IMG/VR virus record: IMGVR_UViG_3300015171_000003
Source: a virus
Lineage: Duplodnaviria; Heunggongvirae; Uroviricota; Caudoviricetes
Length of the DNA: 64,000 nucleotides
Direction: 5' to 3' (one strand)
Part shown: positions 46,881 through 56,207 of the stretch, in pieces
Layout of the letters: every line of letters begins with the position of its first letter
Position numbering within the stretch: the first letter of the stretch is position 1
Position numbers and translations under genes: made by a program
Notes under the pieces: model-generated
The model's input: only the letters and a program-made list of their open reading frames with translations
The model's database searches: none
What the model was told of the DNA's origin: nothing

Positions 46881-48094
46881 TCAAATATTTCATTTTTACA
46901 AACTACTAATTCATTTGATCTATTCAACCATTTATTAATCTTCAAGGTAAAACAACCAAATTCAAATTCACCAAGATGATCATCAACAGTAGAACCAGCT
47001 TCAATAACATTCTTTGTCATATTAACAATCTCATTAAAATATTCTTTGAACTTACTTCTAAACTGATTCATGTCAATCGTCAATTCAATATCATGTGGTT
47101 GAATATCTTTTATTGATTTTACTCTCGTTGTTAAATCCCATTTAGTATGTGGTTGTTCCATTTTAATATATTCACTTAATAATTCATCATTATCTAAATA
47201 AATTGTACTACAAAATTGTTCTGTGTTGTATACAATATTTAAATCTTCTTGTTTACATCCTACTAAATTAAATGATATATCAAATACGTGAGGAATTATG
47301 GGGCGAGACTCATTGTCTATCATGACCCAATTATGCCAACGCCTAAGATAATTTCTAGTCGATTGTGTTTGTTTATATTTAAATTCATCTGTGTCATTAC
47401 CTATGCCAGTTTTTGCCCATCCACGATGCGCCCGACATGTCCAATGAAAAACTGTGGCACTCCAAATTTGCTGGATATTATAACCAGCTAAAATAAATCT
47501 TTGAAACAAGTCGCTATCTTCTGTAGGATATCCGTAAGGCCAGTGACCTCCTATCTTAATCATATCTTCAACAAATATCATCCATGGAGCAAATATTCCT
47601 GTTGTGATTTTATTTTTGTTTTCTTCAATTAATTTTTTTGAATAATCTATAAAAGCAGTTTCATTAAAATCTATAGCAGTCATACCAAAATTTTTAATAA
47701 TTTTTGCTGAATCTTTGGGATGTATAGGCGGCTCAATACGAGTCCCACTACAAACTCTACCACGAATCATGTGTTTAGAAAGTTGATTTATATAATCAAA
47801 TCCAGAACACATATCAGAATGAAAAATAGTACCTATTTCATTTTTTGCCATTTTAAATCCAATATCATATAACTTGGGATGTCCAATATGTGGTTCATTA
47901 AATCTCTTATATATCAAATTAGGATCATCTTTTATACTTTCAAAAAAAGATTGTGTGTCATCATCAGAATTATCATCCAAAACAATTATTTCGTGATCTT
48001 TAGAATTATATTTTCTTAAAGAATTATATGCTATTTTTACAAAAGAATCCGTATTCCATGTAGGCATTATTATACTAACTTTAATATCACTCAT
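46877..48094 (-). CDS. family-2 glycosyltransferase (GT-A fold) with a large C-terminal domain
   Basis: VSIIMPTWNT...EIIVLDDNSDDDT. Confidence 0.6.
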   Translation of the reverse strand: MSDIKVSIIMPTWNTDSFVKIAYNSLRKYNSKDHEIIVLDDNSDDDTQSFFESIKDDPNLIYKRFNEPHIGHPKLYDIGFKMAKNEIGTIFHSDMCSGFDYINQLSKHMIRGRVCSGTRIEPPIHPKDSAKIIKNFGMTAIDFNETAFIDYSKKLIEENKNKITTGIFAPWMIFVEDMIKIGGHWPYGYPTEDSDLFQRFILAGYNIQQIWSATVFHWTCRAHRGWAKTGIGNDTDEFKYKQTQSTRNYLRRWHNWVMIDNESRPIIPHVFDISFNLVGCKQEDLNIVYNTEQFCSTIYLDNDELLSEYIKMEQPHTKWDLTTRVKSIKDIQPHDIELTIDMNQFRSKFKEYFNEIVNMTKNVIEAGSTVDDHLGEFEFGCFTLKINKWLNRSNELVVCKNEIFE

Positions 48095-48107
48095 TACTTA
48101 TTTTTCT

Positions 48108-48407
48108 TCATTCATAATATGTTACTACTTTTGTTTTTTGAAATACTTCAGTCCAATCATTATGCCATTCTGTTCCGTCCCAAGAATTGTAATATCCCGT
48201 TGTTTGTACATAAATAAAATTATTTTGTTGGTCGATTATTTTAAAAACTGCATACATATTATCCACACCACCTTCTTCTCCAATATATCCATCCACAAAT
48301 TCAATTTGATAATCTCCCAATTTTATACTTTTTGCTTTCGTACCCCAGACAAAATCACTAATTGATCCAACTTTTTTAAGCAATCCAATAATTTCTTGTT
48401 TATTCAT
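48108..48407 (-). CDS. hypothetical protein, tandem paralog of 48410..48742
   Basis: Shared Y..(S/T)(S/G)YY(N/S)SWD..(E/D)W..(D/E) core. Confidence 0.4.
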   Translation of the reverse strand: MNKQEIIGLLKKVGSISDFVWGTKAKSIKLGDYQIEFVDGYIGEEGGVDNMYAVFKIIDQQNNFIYVQTTGYYNSWDGTEWHNDWTEVFQKTKVVTYYE

Positions 48408-48409
48408 AA

Positions 48410-48742
48410 TTACTTTCTATATTCTACGATTACTTTTTCATGTGGGTAAACTCGATACCAACCTTCTTCATTCCAATCAGAATCGTCCCATGAACTATAA
48501 GATCCATCAATCTTATAATATTCTAATTTATCATCATATTTAACTTCAATAACTTTAGACATATGTTCTCCACCACCTTCACACCCACCGTCTTCTTCTA
48601 CAAGAGTAATATTCAATCCTTCATATTCAATAGATTTATCTAAATCTAACTTATAAATTAATTCCCAATATGAGTTGTAGTCATCCCCGTATCTACTAGG
48701 AATAGTTTTATCATTTAAAATTTCTAGCACTTTGTTTGACAT
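48410..48742 (-). CDS. hypothetical protein, tandem paralog of 48108..48407
   Basis: See 48108..48407. Confidence 0.4.
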   Translation of the reverse strand: MSNKVLEILNDKTIPSRYGDDYNSYWELIYKLDLDKSIEYEGLNITLVEEDGGCEGGGEHMSKVIEVKYDDKLEYYKIDGSYSSWDDSDWNEEGWYRVYPHEKVIVEYRK

Positions 48743-49500
48743 AATTTTTCTTTCAAGTTTAATTTTTTAACATTGGTTATTTCTTTTATATTTTCAACAA
48801 TGAATCTCGGAAACCACCCAAAACTCATAGAAGTAACTAAATGTTTTAATGCTTTATGAAATGCAGCCTTTTCATTTGCTACAAAATCATTTGGAATTAA
48901 ATATCTTTCCAAGGCAACAACAAAAATTTCTTCTCTACACAATTTAATCTTATCCTCAAATGACAAATCTGTAAACATTTTATAACTACAATTTGCTTTA
49001 TTTAAATCTGGTTTAATTCTTTCATATAATGGGCGATCATAATGTGCCACTAAAATATGTAATTCATCATGTTCATATTCTCTTTTAACATTATCCTTAA
49101 AAAATTCATCATTATTTTTATTAAGATTAACTTTCTTCTTTCCATGAACCAATTTCCATTCATTCACTAACATTTTATAAAGAACTTCATCTGCCTGACA
49201 ACCTTTGTTCTTTAAAAAAATAATGTCGTAAATGGTCTTATCCCACTTAACATCCCAAAAACTATGGCTCAACTTAATCGTGTATAAAAAATTTGGATCA
49301 ACAAATTTAAAATCTATATTATTATCAAGAATATATTGAAAAGAATTTAACCAATATTTTTCAACTTTTCCTTTTAAATAATTAAATCCAAAATATTCTA
49401 AAATATTTTTTTCAAGAGGAGATTGAATAATGTCAAAATCTTTTGGCTCTCTACTATCAGGAAACCAATGATGCAATGCTGTAGAACCAATTATTAACAT
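48724..49500 (-). CDS. LicD-like nucleotidyltransferase-fold phosphotransferase (candidate)
   Basis: IIGSTALHHWFPDSREPKDFDII resembles the LicD GTLLGAVRHxGFIPWDDDIDI motif; the gene sits inside the glycan island. Confidence 0.4.
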   Translation of the reverse strand: MLIIGSTALHHWFPDSREPKDFDIIQSPLEKNILEYFGFNYLKGKVEKYWLNSFQYILDNNIDFKFVDPNFLYTIKLSHSFWDVKWDKTIYDIIFLKNKGCQADEVLYKMLVNEWKLVHGKKKVNLNKNNDEFFKDNVKREYEHDELHILVAHYDRPLYERIKPDLNKANCSYKMFTDLSFEDKIKLCREEIFVVALERYLIPNDFVANEKAAFHKALKHLVTSMSFGWFPRFIVENIKEITNVKKLNLKEKLCQTKC

Positions 49501-49502
49501 AT

Positions 49503-49832
49503 TTATCCATTATAGCCATCCGAATCAAAATTTCCTTTAATTTCAGAGGGGTTTTCAAAATCTTCATTCCAATATTCTTTATCTTTTTTAAGTAATTCCA
49601 AATAATTTCTTTCAGATTGAATAATATATGCCAAATCAATTCTGTGTAACATTCCATTTATTGGATCTATAACATATCCTATACATTCCATGGGTTGTCT
49701 ATTAAAATCTGGTTCTTCCCAACCAGACAAAACCAAATATTTTCTAATTGATTTATAAGTTTCTTCTAATGCAGCACTAATTTCTTTATTTCTCATATCC
49801 ATGATGGTTTTCTTGTGGGATCTTTTGTCCAT
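49503..49832 (-). CDS. hypothetical protein
   Basis: 109-aa ORF. Confidence 0.35.
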   Translation of the reverse strand: MDKRSHKKTIMDMRNKEISAALEETYKSIRKYLVLSGWEEPDFNRQPMECIGYVIDPINGMLHRIDLAYIIQSERNYLELLKKDKEYWNEDFENPSEIKGNFDSDGYNG

Positions 49833-50290
49833 TTTGCAAATCCAAGTTTTTCACCAATATAATATTGTCTATAAGCTTTGACTGCATCACCTTCTACTTT
49901 ATATTCATCTGGCATACATTGTGCAAAATCTTTTAAATCAAGTGGCCTTGGATATCCTGTAATACTAATAAAATGCTTAGGAACATTTTTAGAACACCAG
50001 TCAAATGTAAATGAACATTTATGTATTTTATTATATCTGTGGGTATATTCTCTTAATAAAGATACTCCATGTCTCAATAACCATAAATAATTCCCCAAAC
50101 ATTCTCTTGTCCAAATAGAACATGGATGATTTTTATGTGTCAATTTATATGGAATATCTTTTGATTCAGATAAAACATGATTTGCTCCACAAAGTAACTG
50201 AAATGTTTCGAGAATCATTTTAACTACATGCTTATCACACAACATTTGTGCTGCCATTCGCGGATCTTCATCTAAAACAAATATATTCAT
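49793..50290 (-). CDS. hypothetical protein; weak resemblance to the pyrimidine-dimer DNA glycosylase (T4 endoV) N-terminus
   Basis: MNIFVLDEDPRMAAQMLCDKHVVKM versus endoV [24 protein letters not shown]; this is unconfirmed. Confidence 0.35.
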   Translation of the reverse strand: MNIFVLDEDPRMAAQMLCDKHVVKMILETFQLLCGANHVLSESKDIPYKLTHKNHPCSIWTRECLGNYLWLLRHGVSLLREYTHRYNKIHKCSFTFDWCSKNVPKHFISITGYPRPLDLKDFAQCMPDEYKVEGDAVKAYRQYYIGEKLGFAKWTKDPTRKPSWI

Positions 50291-50291
50291 A

Positions 50292-50789
50292 TTAATGACT
50301 AAACATTATAGCTATTGTCATTAAAATAATAGCCAATTGTCCAAGAAACCATTGCCAAATAACAGGAAAATCACTATAATGAGTCTCTATTTTTGAAGAA
50401 TATCTAAATTGTGCAATTGAAAATGAAATCCAAATAATAGATAATACACATAATAGAAAAAATCCAACAAATACTTGCACAAAATCCTTACCAATTACCT
50501 TATAAGCAACAATAAACATTGTCCATTTTCCCAATCTTGTGTCAGCAAAATCAGAAGCATTCTTTGTTAATGCAGTCAATGATGAATTAACAGCTTCACC
50601 AACTTCCTTGCCAACTCCAACCCACTCTCCAACTTTTGTAATAGCCTGTTTGTCTTTAATTTTAGCAAGAACATCTGGCGGAAGATCTGAAGCATTTACA
50701 GTAATAGTTTCTGTATTAGTAGTTTGTTGAGAAAATACTGGAGATACACACAAAAACAATCCAACGATAGTTAACAATAGTTTATTCAT
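50292..50789 (-). CDS. secreted/membrane protein with signal peptide and C-terminal TM helices
   Basis: N-terminal signal LLLTIVGLFLCVSPVFSQ and two C-terminal hydrophobic segments. Confidence 0.45.
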   Translation of the reverse strand: MNKLLLTIVGLFLCVSPVFSQQTTNTETITVNASDLPPDVLAKIKDKQAITKVGEWVGVGKEVGEAVNSSLTALTKNASDFADTRLGKWTMFIVAYKVIGKDFVQVFVGFFLLCVLSIIWISFSIAQFRYSSKIETHYSDFPVIWQWFLGQLAIILMTIAIMFSH

Positions 50790-50816
50790 AGTTTAATAAA
50801 TTTATTTTATAAAAAG

Positions 50817-51047
50817 TCAAATGTCAATATTTAATCTATCATAATGTGTTTGACACAATTCTTTTGCATCACTTAAAAGATCTCTCTCATAATGAAATTT
50901 AACAAACTCATCATTATAAATCAAAAAATTTAGCCCAGTTGCCTCCACTACATATCCTTCCTTACAATGATATTTTCCAGTTGGTTGATATGGTATTGGA
51001 TTTGGTGCATAAGCAGTGTATTCCCATTCTAATAGATTATTTTTCAT
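50817..51047 (-). CDS. hypothetical protein
   Basis: 76-aa ORF. Confidence 0.3.
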   Translation of the reverse strand: MKNNLLEWEYTAYAPNPIPYQPTGKYHCKEGYVVEATGLNFLIYNDEFVKFHYERDLLSDAKELCQTHYDRLNIDI

Positions 51048-51134
51048 AAGTTATAATTTTACATTATAAAAAATCTATTGTCAAGATTTATTTTAATCGA
51101 TCTTCTACTAATTTTATTGTTTTTTCCCAAAATT

Positions 51135-52028
51135 TTAATATTTTCCTTTAATATGTTTAAAATATCTTTCTCTCATTTGTGGAGATACTTTAGTGAATCC
51201 AACTTCATCAAATAATGGAGGTTCCCCCCATTTATCAATAAATGCTTTGTAATTAATAGATTCCCATTTTTTTCTATCCGAAAACTTTGATATGTCATCA
51301 TTCAACCACGTGCTTGACCTTGAACCAAAATGATATACCAAAGCCTTGCTGGTTACACAAAATTTAAAATCTTCCAAAACCATTCTGGTATGAAGACAAT
51401 AATCTTCCATAAAAGCTTGTCGAAAGCTCTTTGAATCATTGCCGCCAATATAATCCCAATCTTTTTTCCTCATAACATATTGACAACCTTCGATTTTACG
51501 AAACTGAATGTTATTATCTAAAATAAATTGATTGGCAAATTGTTCGAAATATACAGAATCAAACTCATTCCAATACAATCCAAATCCCCCGTCCTCTTTT
51601 TTAAGAGGAGACATGGTTGTTCCTAATCGAGAACTTTGTTGATAAATATTCGGTTCTAATCGCCAACTAGATACCACGCTTTTTTCACCCATAGATTTAC
51701 AAAGATCCAATAATACCTTATCATAATCTTTTGCAATATACATGTCTGTATGAATCAATGAAAAAAATTCCGTTTCAACTCTTGAGATGGCTTCGTTTCC
51801 TCCTCCACCAATACCTTTGGGTTCTTCATTAAATTCAATAATTGATTTAATGTCGGGCTGTGTTGCTAACCACTCATTAGTTCCTTCACCAGGATGATTA
51901 TTTTCAGAATATACAATGATTGGAGCATCTTTATAATATCCATTCTTTCTAATTGATTCTACTGCTAACTTTAAATAATTGCTTGTATTGAATGCATTAA
52001 TACACCAAGTTAATTCTGGTTTACTCAT
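51135..52028 (-). CDS. glycosyltransferase-like protein (GT-A-like)
   Basis: N-terminal TWCINAFNTSNYLKLAVESI...PIIVYSEN resembles a GT2 start; a possible DxD lies in HTDMY. Confidence 0.45.
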   Translation of the reverse strand: MSKPELTWCINAFNTSNYLKLAVESIRKNGYYKDAPIIVYSENNHPGEGTNEWLATQPDIKSIIEFNEEPKGIGGGGNEAISRVETEFFSLIHTDMYIAKDYDKVLLDLCKSMGEKSVVSSWRLEPNIYQQSSRLGTTMSPLKKEDGGFGLYWNEFDSVYFEQFANQFILDNNIQFRKIEGCQYVMRKKDWDYIGGNDSKSFRQAFMEDYCLHTRMVLEDFKFCVTSKALVYHFGSRSSTWLNDDISKFSDRKKWESINYKAFIDKWGEPPLFDEVGFTKVSPQMRERYFKHIKGKY

Positions 52029-52165
52029 ATTTTATTTTTCTTTTTTACTTCAAATCTTCTAAAATTTTCTATTAATTATTAAATTTTTATTTATTTCAAT
52101 CTTTGTAGGATAATATCATAATATTTTTGTTCCAATTCTATTCCTATAAAGTTTCTCAAACATGA

Positions 52166-52348
52166 CTATCCTTTCTCCTCATATTTAACCATTGTAGCAA
52201 ATCCCATCATATCATGAGTAGAATTATTCAATTGTGTAATTTGGACTGGTCCTTGTAAAGTAAATCCTTCTTTAGAGTAATTTAAAACTTGTTTTTCTAT
52301 TTCAGTCAAATCTCCTTGAACTACTCTAATATCTTTAATTGGTTTCAT
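52166..52348 (-). CDS. hypothetical protein
   Basis: 60-aa ORF. Confidence 0.3.
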   Translation of the reverse strand: MKPIKDIRVVQGDLTEIEKQVLNYSKEGFTLQGPVQITQLNNSTHDMMGFATMVKYEEKG

Positions 52349-52349
52349 T

Positions 52350-52916
52350 TTATAATTCAGTTAAAATTTTTTCTCTAGCATTCCCCAACGCAATTCCCAA
52401 CCAATTAGTCCCCCATTTATCCTTTTCATTAAAAACATTTACATCATCTTCAAGATAACCAATACCCCAAATTCTATCATATGGAGAAGCTTCAATTAAA
52501 ATATATGGATCAGTTAAAATAATAAGTTCTTTAAATTTATCATTGCTAATAAATTTTTTGTAATTTGAATATGAAACAAAATTCACAACATTTTCTTCCC
52601 AAACAGATTGGTCAAAGTTTTTTACTTTTTTACCCAAAGCTTTTTGATCTTTTGGTGATGTTGATTGTAAAATTTTCTGAAAAGATTCTTCATCATTAAA
52701 AACACTTGCTTTATATAACATCATTGCTTGTTCAGCGCAATTTACTCTATATTCAGAATTATTAATTGTTACTGTATATAAACATGGATGCCATTGAGAA
52801 AATATCCCATTCCAAAAAAGAATAGATTTTTCTTCTGGATATAATGTGGCATCTAAAGATTTAATTTTGATTTTTCTCATGATTTTAATTTTACAATAAT
52901 TAATTATTTTGATCAA
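52350..52916 (-). CDS. NADAR (DUF1768/YbiA-like) domain protein
   Basis: ILFWNGIFSQWHP...NCAEQAMMLYKA...PKDQKALGKKV...LIEASPYDRIWGIGY matches the NADAR consensus FFWGG..SNF...E..fq..K.....P.......W......L.E..p.D..WG.G. Confidence 0.55.
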   Translation of the reverse strand: MIKIINYCKIKIMRKIKIKSLDATLYPEEKSILFWNGIFSQWHPCLYTVTINNSEYRVNCAEQAMMLYKASVFNDEESFQKILQSTSPKDQKALGKKVKNFDQSVWEENVVNFVSYSNYKKFISNDKFKELIILTDPYILIEASPYDRIWGIGYLEDDVNVFNEKDKWGTNWLGIALGNAREKILTEL

Positions 52917-53261
52917 CTTATTTCAATGGACGATTCCAACAAACATTCTAAAACACCGTTCTGATAAACTTACAAAAATCTAAATTCATACTTTTAAATA
53001 ATAAATTGTTGACTCTTTGTTATCTTCTTGTTTCTTCGGTATCACTTTTTTCCGAATTGCTCCAGACCAAGAGGTGATGTCTCCACAAGCGTTAATTCCC
53101 GTAGAACTTACGGTATTTTGTCTTAAAAATTCTTCTCCACGTGGGGAGTTTAACAGATTCACATATACGTCTATTATCAAATTTATATTTCTTACCAACA
53201 AACTTTTTTATAAGGTTTCCCATTTGGTCCACATTTATTCCACATTAAATCACTCACATTT

Positions 53262-53603
53262 TTAAGAAATTTTTAATTCTTCGAGTTTGCTTTTTTTCAA
53301 AGTTGCAAACAAATTTAAAATTTTTGACCCATGTATTTGATTACAAAGCCACAAATTTAAAATTATTAATACATCTCTATAATGACTATTTATTAAAATT
53401 CTAGAATGTTTCATATTCAATTTATTTTTATTCAATACATACATTTTTATTATATAATTAAAAATTTCAGAAGTTTCTCTATATTTTGTAGTAATATATC
53501 TAAATTGACGATCAGTTATTTCTCCATTATGATATAAATCTGTAATATATTCAGAAACTGGGCTTCTCAAAAAATTATAAACTTTTTTATTATTTTCATT
53601 CAT
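53262..53603 (-). CDS. hypothetical protein, distant paralog of 5848..6225
   Basis: See 5848..6225; its 5' end lies in a duplicated segment. Confidence 0.4.
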   Translation of the reverse strand: MNENNKKVYNFLRSPVSEYITDLYHNGEITDRQFRYITTKYRETSEIFNYIIKMYVLNKNKLNMKHSRILINSHYRDVLIILNLWLCNQIHGSKILNLFATLKKSKLEELKIS

Positions 53604-53712
53604 AAAAATTCACATCTCATTTATTCTCAATTTCTACTACTTTACATTTTAATCCTGTAGTTGGATGCTATGGTTCAACATGTAATAAAATATGAATTAA
53701 TCTACTATAAAT
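53600..53712. repeat. copy 1 of a direct repeat of about 110 nt (copy 2 at 54022..54130); it contains a decayed duplicate of the 3' end of gene 54032..54277
   Basis: The aligned DNA is about 80% identical; minus-strand translation of copy 1 gives ...HVEP*HPTTGLKCKVVEIENK versus the intact ...SIEPRYPKTGLKYKVVEIENNES. Confidence 0.6.
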
Positions 53713-53751
53713 ATTTTTCATATTGATCTATTCTATAATTCCCAGATCTAA

Positions 53752-54051
53752 TCAAACAACAGGTTTCAATGCTTCGTCCACTACTTTTACAATTGTTTTC
53801 TTTAAATCTACCAAATTCAATTTTTCAATATTATTTAAATTATGTTGATTTTTCAAAATAAAAAATAATTCATCAATAACTTTTTTCTTAGAAAGTCCAG
53901 CAGCAATTAAATCATGAATTAATTCTATTTTAAATTTTAATATTGGGGAAGTGTTTATTTCTACAATTGGCGATTTCCATGATTCTTTTTTATTAAATAC
54001 TATTTTATATTGCATATCTTTTTCAAAATTTTCATGACTCATTATTCTCAA
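53752..54051 (-). CDS. hypothetical protein (flanked by the direct repeats of about 110 nt)
   Basis: 99-aa ORF; the track start is TTG and an ATG lies 12 nt downstream. Confidence 0.35.
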   Translation of the reverse strand: MRIMSHENFEKDMQYKIVFNKKESWKSPIVEINTSPILKFKIELIHDLIAAGLSKKKVIDELFFILKNQHNLNNIEKLNLVDLKKTIVKVVDEALKPVV

Positions 54052-54277
54052 TCTCCACTACTTTATATTTTAATCCTGTTTTTGGATACCGTGGTTCAAT
54101 AGATAATTCTGTATGAATTAATCTAAGTTGCTCAGAAGTTTTTTGTAAAATTGCTGACAATCCTGCTTCAAATAATTTATACTCGTCTGGATATTTTGGA
54201 GGATGATTCTTAAAGTTCATCACATATGTGTCTAACTCAAAAATTAATTGTTCAATCTTTTCTTCGGGTGTTTTCAT
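54032..54277 (-). CDS. hypothetical protein
   Basis: 81-aa ORF; its 3' end is the source of the duplicated segment. Confidence 0.35.
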   Translation of the reverse strand: MKTPEEKIEQLIFELDTYVMNFKNHPPKYPDEYKLFEAGLSAILQKTSEQLRLIHTELSIEPRYPKTGLKYKVVEIENNES

Positions 54278-54621
54278 TTATCTGGACAACCAATAGTACA
54301 CATGGCTTGTTTTGATTTCTCTCTCAGCTTTTTTAACCAATCTAAATCACATCTTGATCTTATTGGTAGGTTTCCATATTGAACCCTATAAAGCCTTGGC
54401 TGGATGATTAAAAATGTCAAATCAGATAATGGTTCTAAAATATCAATGCCTTTTGAGTGCTTATTTATCTCCTCGTCAATATCCTCTATTGTCATGTAAC
54501 TTCCACAGACTCCACTCACTGAAAATAAAACAAAATTCAATTCATCTGGAGTAGGATCTTCGTATATAGTACCAAATAGTTCATGTATTCTTTCCCACCC
54601 ATTTTCAAGATATATACTCAT
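54274..54621 (-). CDS. hypothetical protein
   Basis: 115-aa ORF. Confidence 0.4.
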   Translation of the reverse strand: MSIYLENGWERIHELFGTIYEDPTPDELNFVLFSVSGVCGSYMTIEDIDEEINKHSKGIDILEPLSDLTFLIIQPRLYRVQYGNLPIRSRCDLDWLKKLREKSKQAMCTIGCPDK

Positions 54622-54649
54622 TTTTTTATTTTTATTTTAATTGTTTTAT

Positions 54650-55402
54650 TCATGAATATAACTCTGCTTCTTTTTTCAATTTTTTCCATTCTGTTAATAG
54701 TCCAAGTTCATTAAACATATTATGTTGTTCTTTTTCGGAGAATTGGCAATACTGTTGCATATTAATTCCCGAAACTCCCTTTTTAACTGTTAATGAATTT
54801 AAATGTAATGCGGAAATATAATCAACAACACCAATTCTCCAACGATTTTTTTTACATATATAAGAAAATAAAAAATCTATTCCCCATCCTCTAATATTAT
54901 TTACAACAATTTCACTGTAATTATATTGAAATTCTTTTAGTAATTTTCTAGATAATAAAGGCATCTGAAAATCAATATAAGGAACATTTCTAATTTCTTT
55001 TGTATTATTCCCCAACATCATTTTCCAATGGCATTGAGCATTCCAACCTTCCATATTAAAAAATGTTCCACTTAATAAATCATAACCTCCGATATCAGCT
55101 TCATAAACTAAAGATTTAACAAAATTATTTCCATTGATAACCAAATCATTGTTCATGAAAAGTAAATAATCTGCATTTGTCTCTAAAAACATATCTACAC
55201 AAGCACAAAATGCGCCTCCAAAAAAGAAATTTTGTTCTAAATAATGAGTTGTATATTTTGATTGAAGGTCTTCTTTGCTTCCATTATCAAGAACCCAGAT
55301 TTCATAATTATCTCTATCCGAATATGGTTGTAATGATTCCACAAGTTTATCTGTCTCTTGTGGTAAATTATGATTCAAAACTGAAACTACTATTCTACTC
55401 AT
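54650..55402 (-). CDS. family-2-like glycosyltransferase
   Basis: VVSVLNHNLPQ...YEIWVLDNGSKED. Confidence 0.5.
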   Translation of the reverse strand: MSRIVVSVLNHNLPQETDKLVESLQPYSDRDNYEIWVLDNGSKEDLQSKYTTHYLEQNFFFGGAFCACVDMFLETNADYLLFMNNDLVINGNNFVKSLVYEADIGGYDLLSGTFFNMEGWNAQCHWKMMLGNNTKEIRNVPYIDFQMPLLSRKLLKEFQYNYSEIVVNNIRGWGIDFLFSYICKKNRWRIGVVDYISALHLNSLTVKKGVSGINMQQYCQFSEKEQHNMFNELGLLTEWKKLKKEAELYS

Positions 55403-55585
55403 TTAACAATTAGAATGAATTGAATCTACTTGTTCTTTATTTAAAAAACAAAGAAATCCTTCTTTTAAACACAATAATTTCTTCAAAGATTCTGCTTCTT
55501 TTTTATTATCTGATGGATGAGATAATACAGTAATTTCTTTCTTATCCTTAAATAAATAATAGATATTATAATCTGTTTTTTTCAT
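55403..55585 (-). CDS. hypothetical protein
   Basis: 60-aa ORF. Confidence 0.3.
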   Translation of the reverse strand: MKKTDYNIYYLFKDKKEITVLSHPSDNKKEAESLKKLLCLKEGFLCFLNKEQVDSIHSNC

Positions 55586-55693
55586 ATTTTTTGTTTTTTG
55601 TTATTGGTTTATTTAATTTATCCCATGTTTTTATATAAAAATTTTTAACTTTAGAATTAACGATCAAATCTCTATTTAATTTTCTATTCTTAA

Positions 55694-56131
55694 TTAGATG
55701 GACAACATCAGCAAAATCTTGAACTCGTTCTGTTTTTTTTTTAAAAATGTTGCAAGTTTCATTGAAATTAAATCTTCAATATTTGCTATAATTGGGGTTG
55801 GTGAAACTTTTTTTGGAACTGGATAATTTAATAATGAAGGTCCTACAGATTTACCCCCCGGCAATAAATCAATAATATAATCTGGATTTTCTCTATCTAC
55901 TAATTGCATCGTCGTTCCTCTAACTTCTTTAAATCCATTCATTGATAATTTATCTCTAGCATATTCAATGTCTGGGACAACAACATTTAAATCAATTGTG
56001 GTTCTGGCATAGCCATTACGTTGCACAGCATATCCACCATAAAATATATGAGGAATTTTAAACATTGCCAAAATCTTTGTTAATTTATTTGCTATCTTAT
56101 CCAATGGTATTCCCATAGATTCTTGGATCAA
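55694..56131 (-). CDS. possible nucleotidyltransferase-fold protein (LicD/MNT-like)
   Basis: FYGGYAVQRNGYARTTIDLNVVV resembles GxxxGxxRxxxxxxxDhD; the track start is TTG and the ATG is at MGIPLDK. Confidence 0.3.
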   Translation of the reverse strand: MIQESMGIPLDKIANKLTKILAMFKIPHIFYGGYAVQRNGYARTTIDLNVVVPDIEYARDKLSMNGFKEVRGTTMQLVDRENPDYIIDLLPGGKSVGPSLLNYPVPKKVSPTPIIANIEDLISMKLATFLKKKQNEFKILLMLSI

Positions 56132-56174
56132 GCTCGCATTTTTTTGTATTTTTGTAAATTGATTCGATCCATAT

Positions 56175-56207
56175 TTTAATGCTTTTTTTCAAGTATACCA
56201 TTCCCAA
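56175..56207. repeat. 33-nt direct-repeat copy of the 3' end of the GMP-reductase-like gene (the other copy, at 56405..56437, is the real gene end)
   Basis: ttaatgctttttttcaagtataccattcccaat versus ttaatgtttcttttcaagaataccattcccaat (29/33 identical). Both copies encode IGNGILEKKH-stop on the minus strand, and together they bracket the small ORF 56208..56402. Confidence 0.6.
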
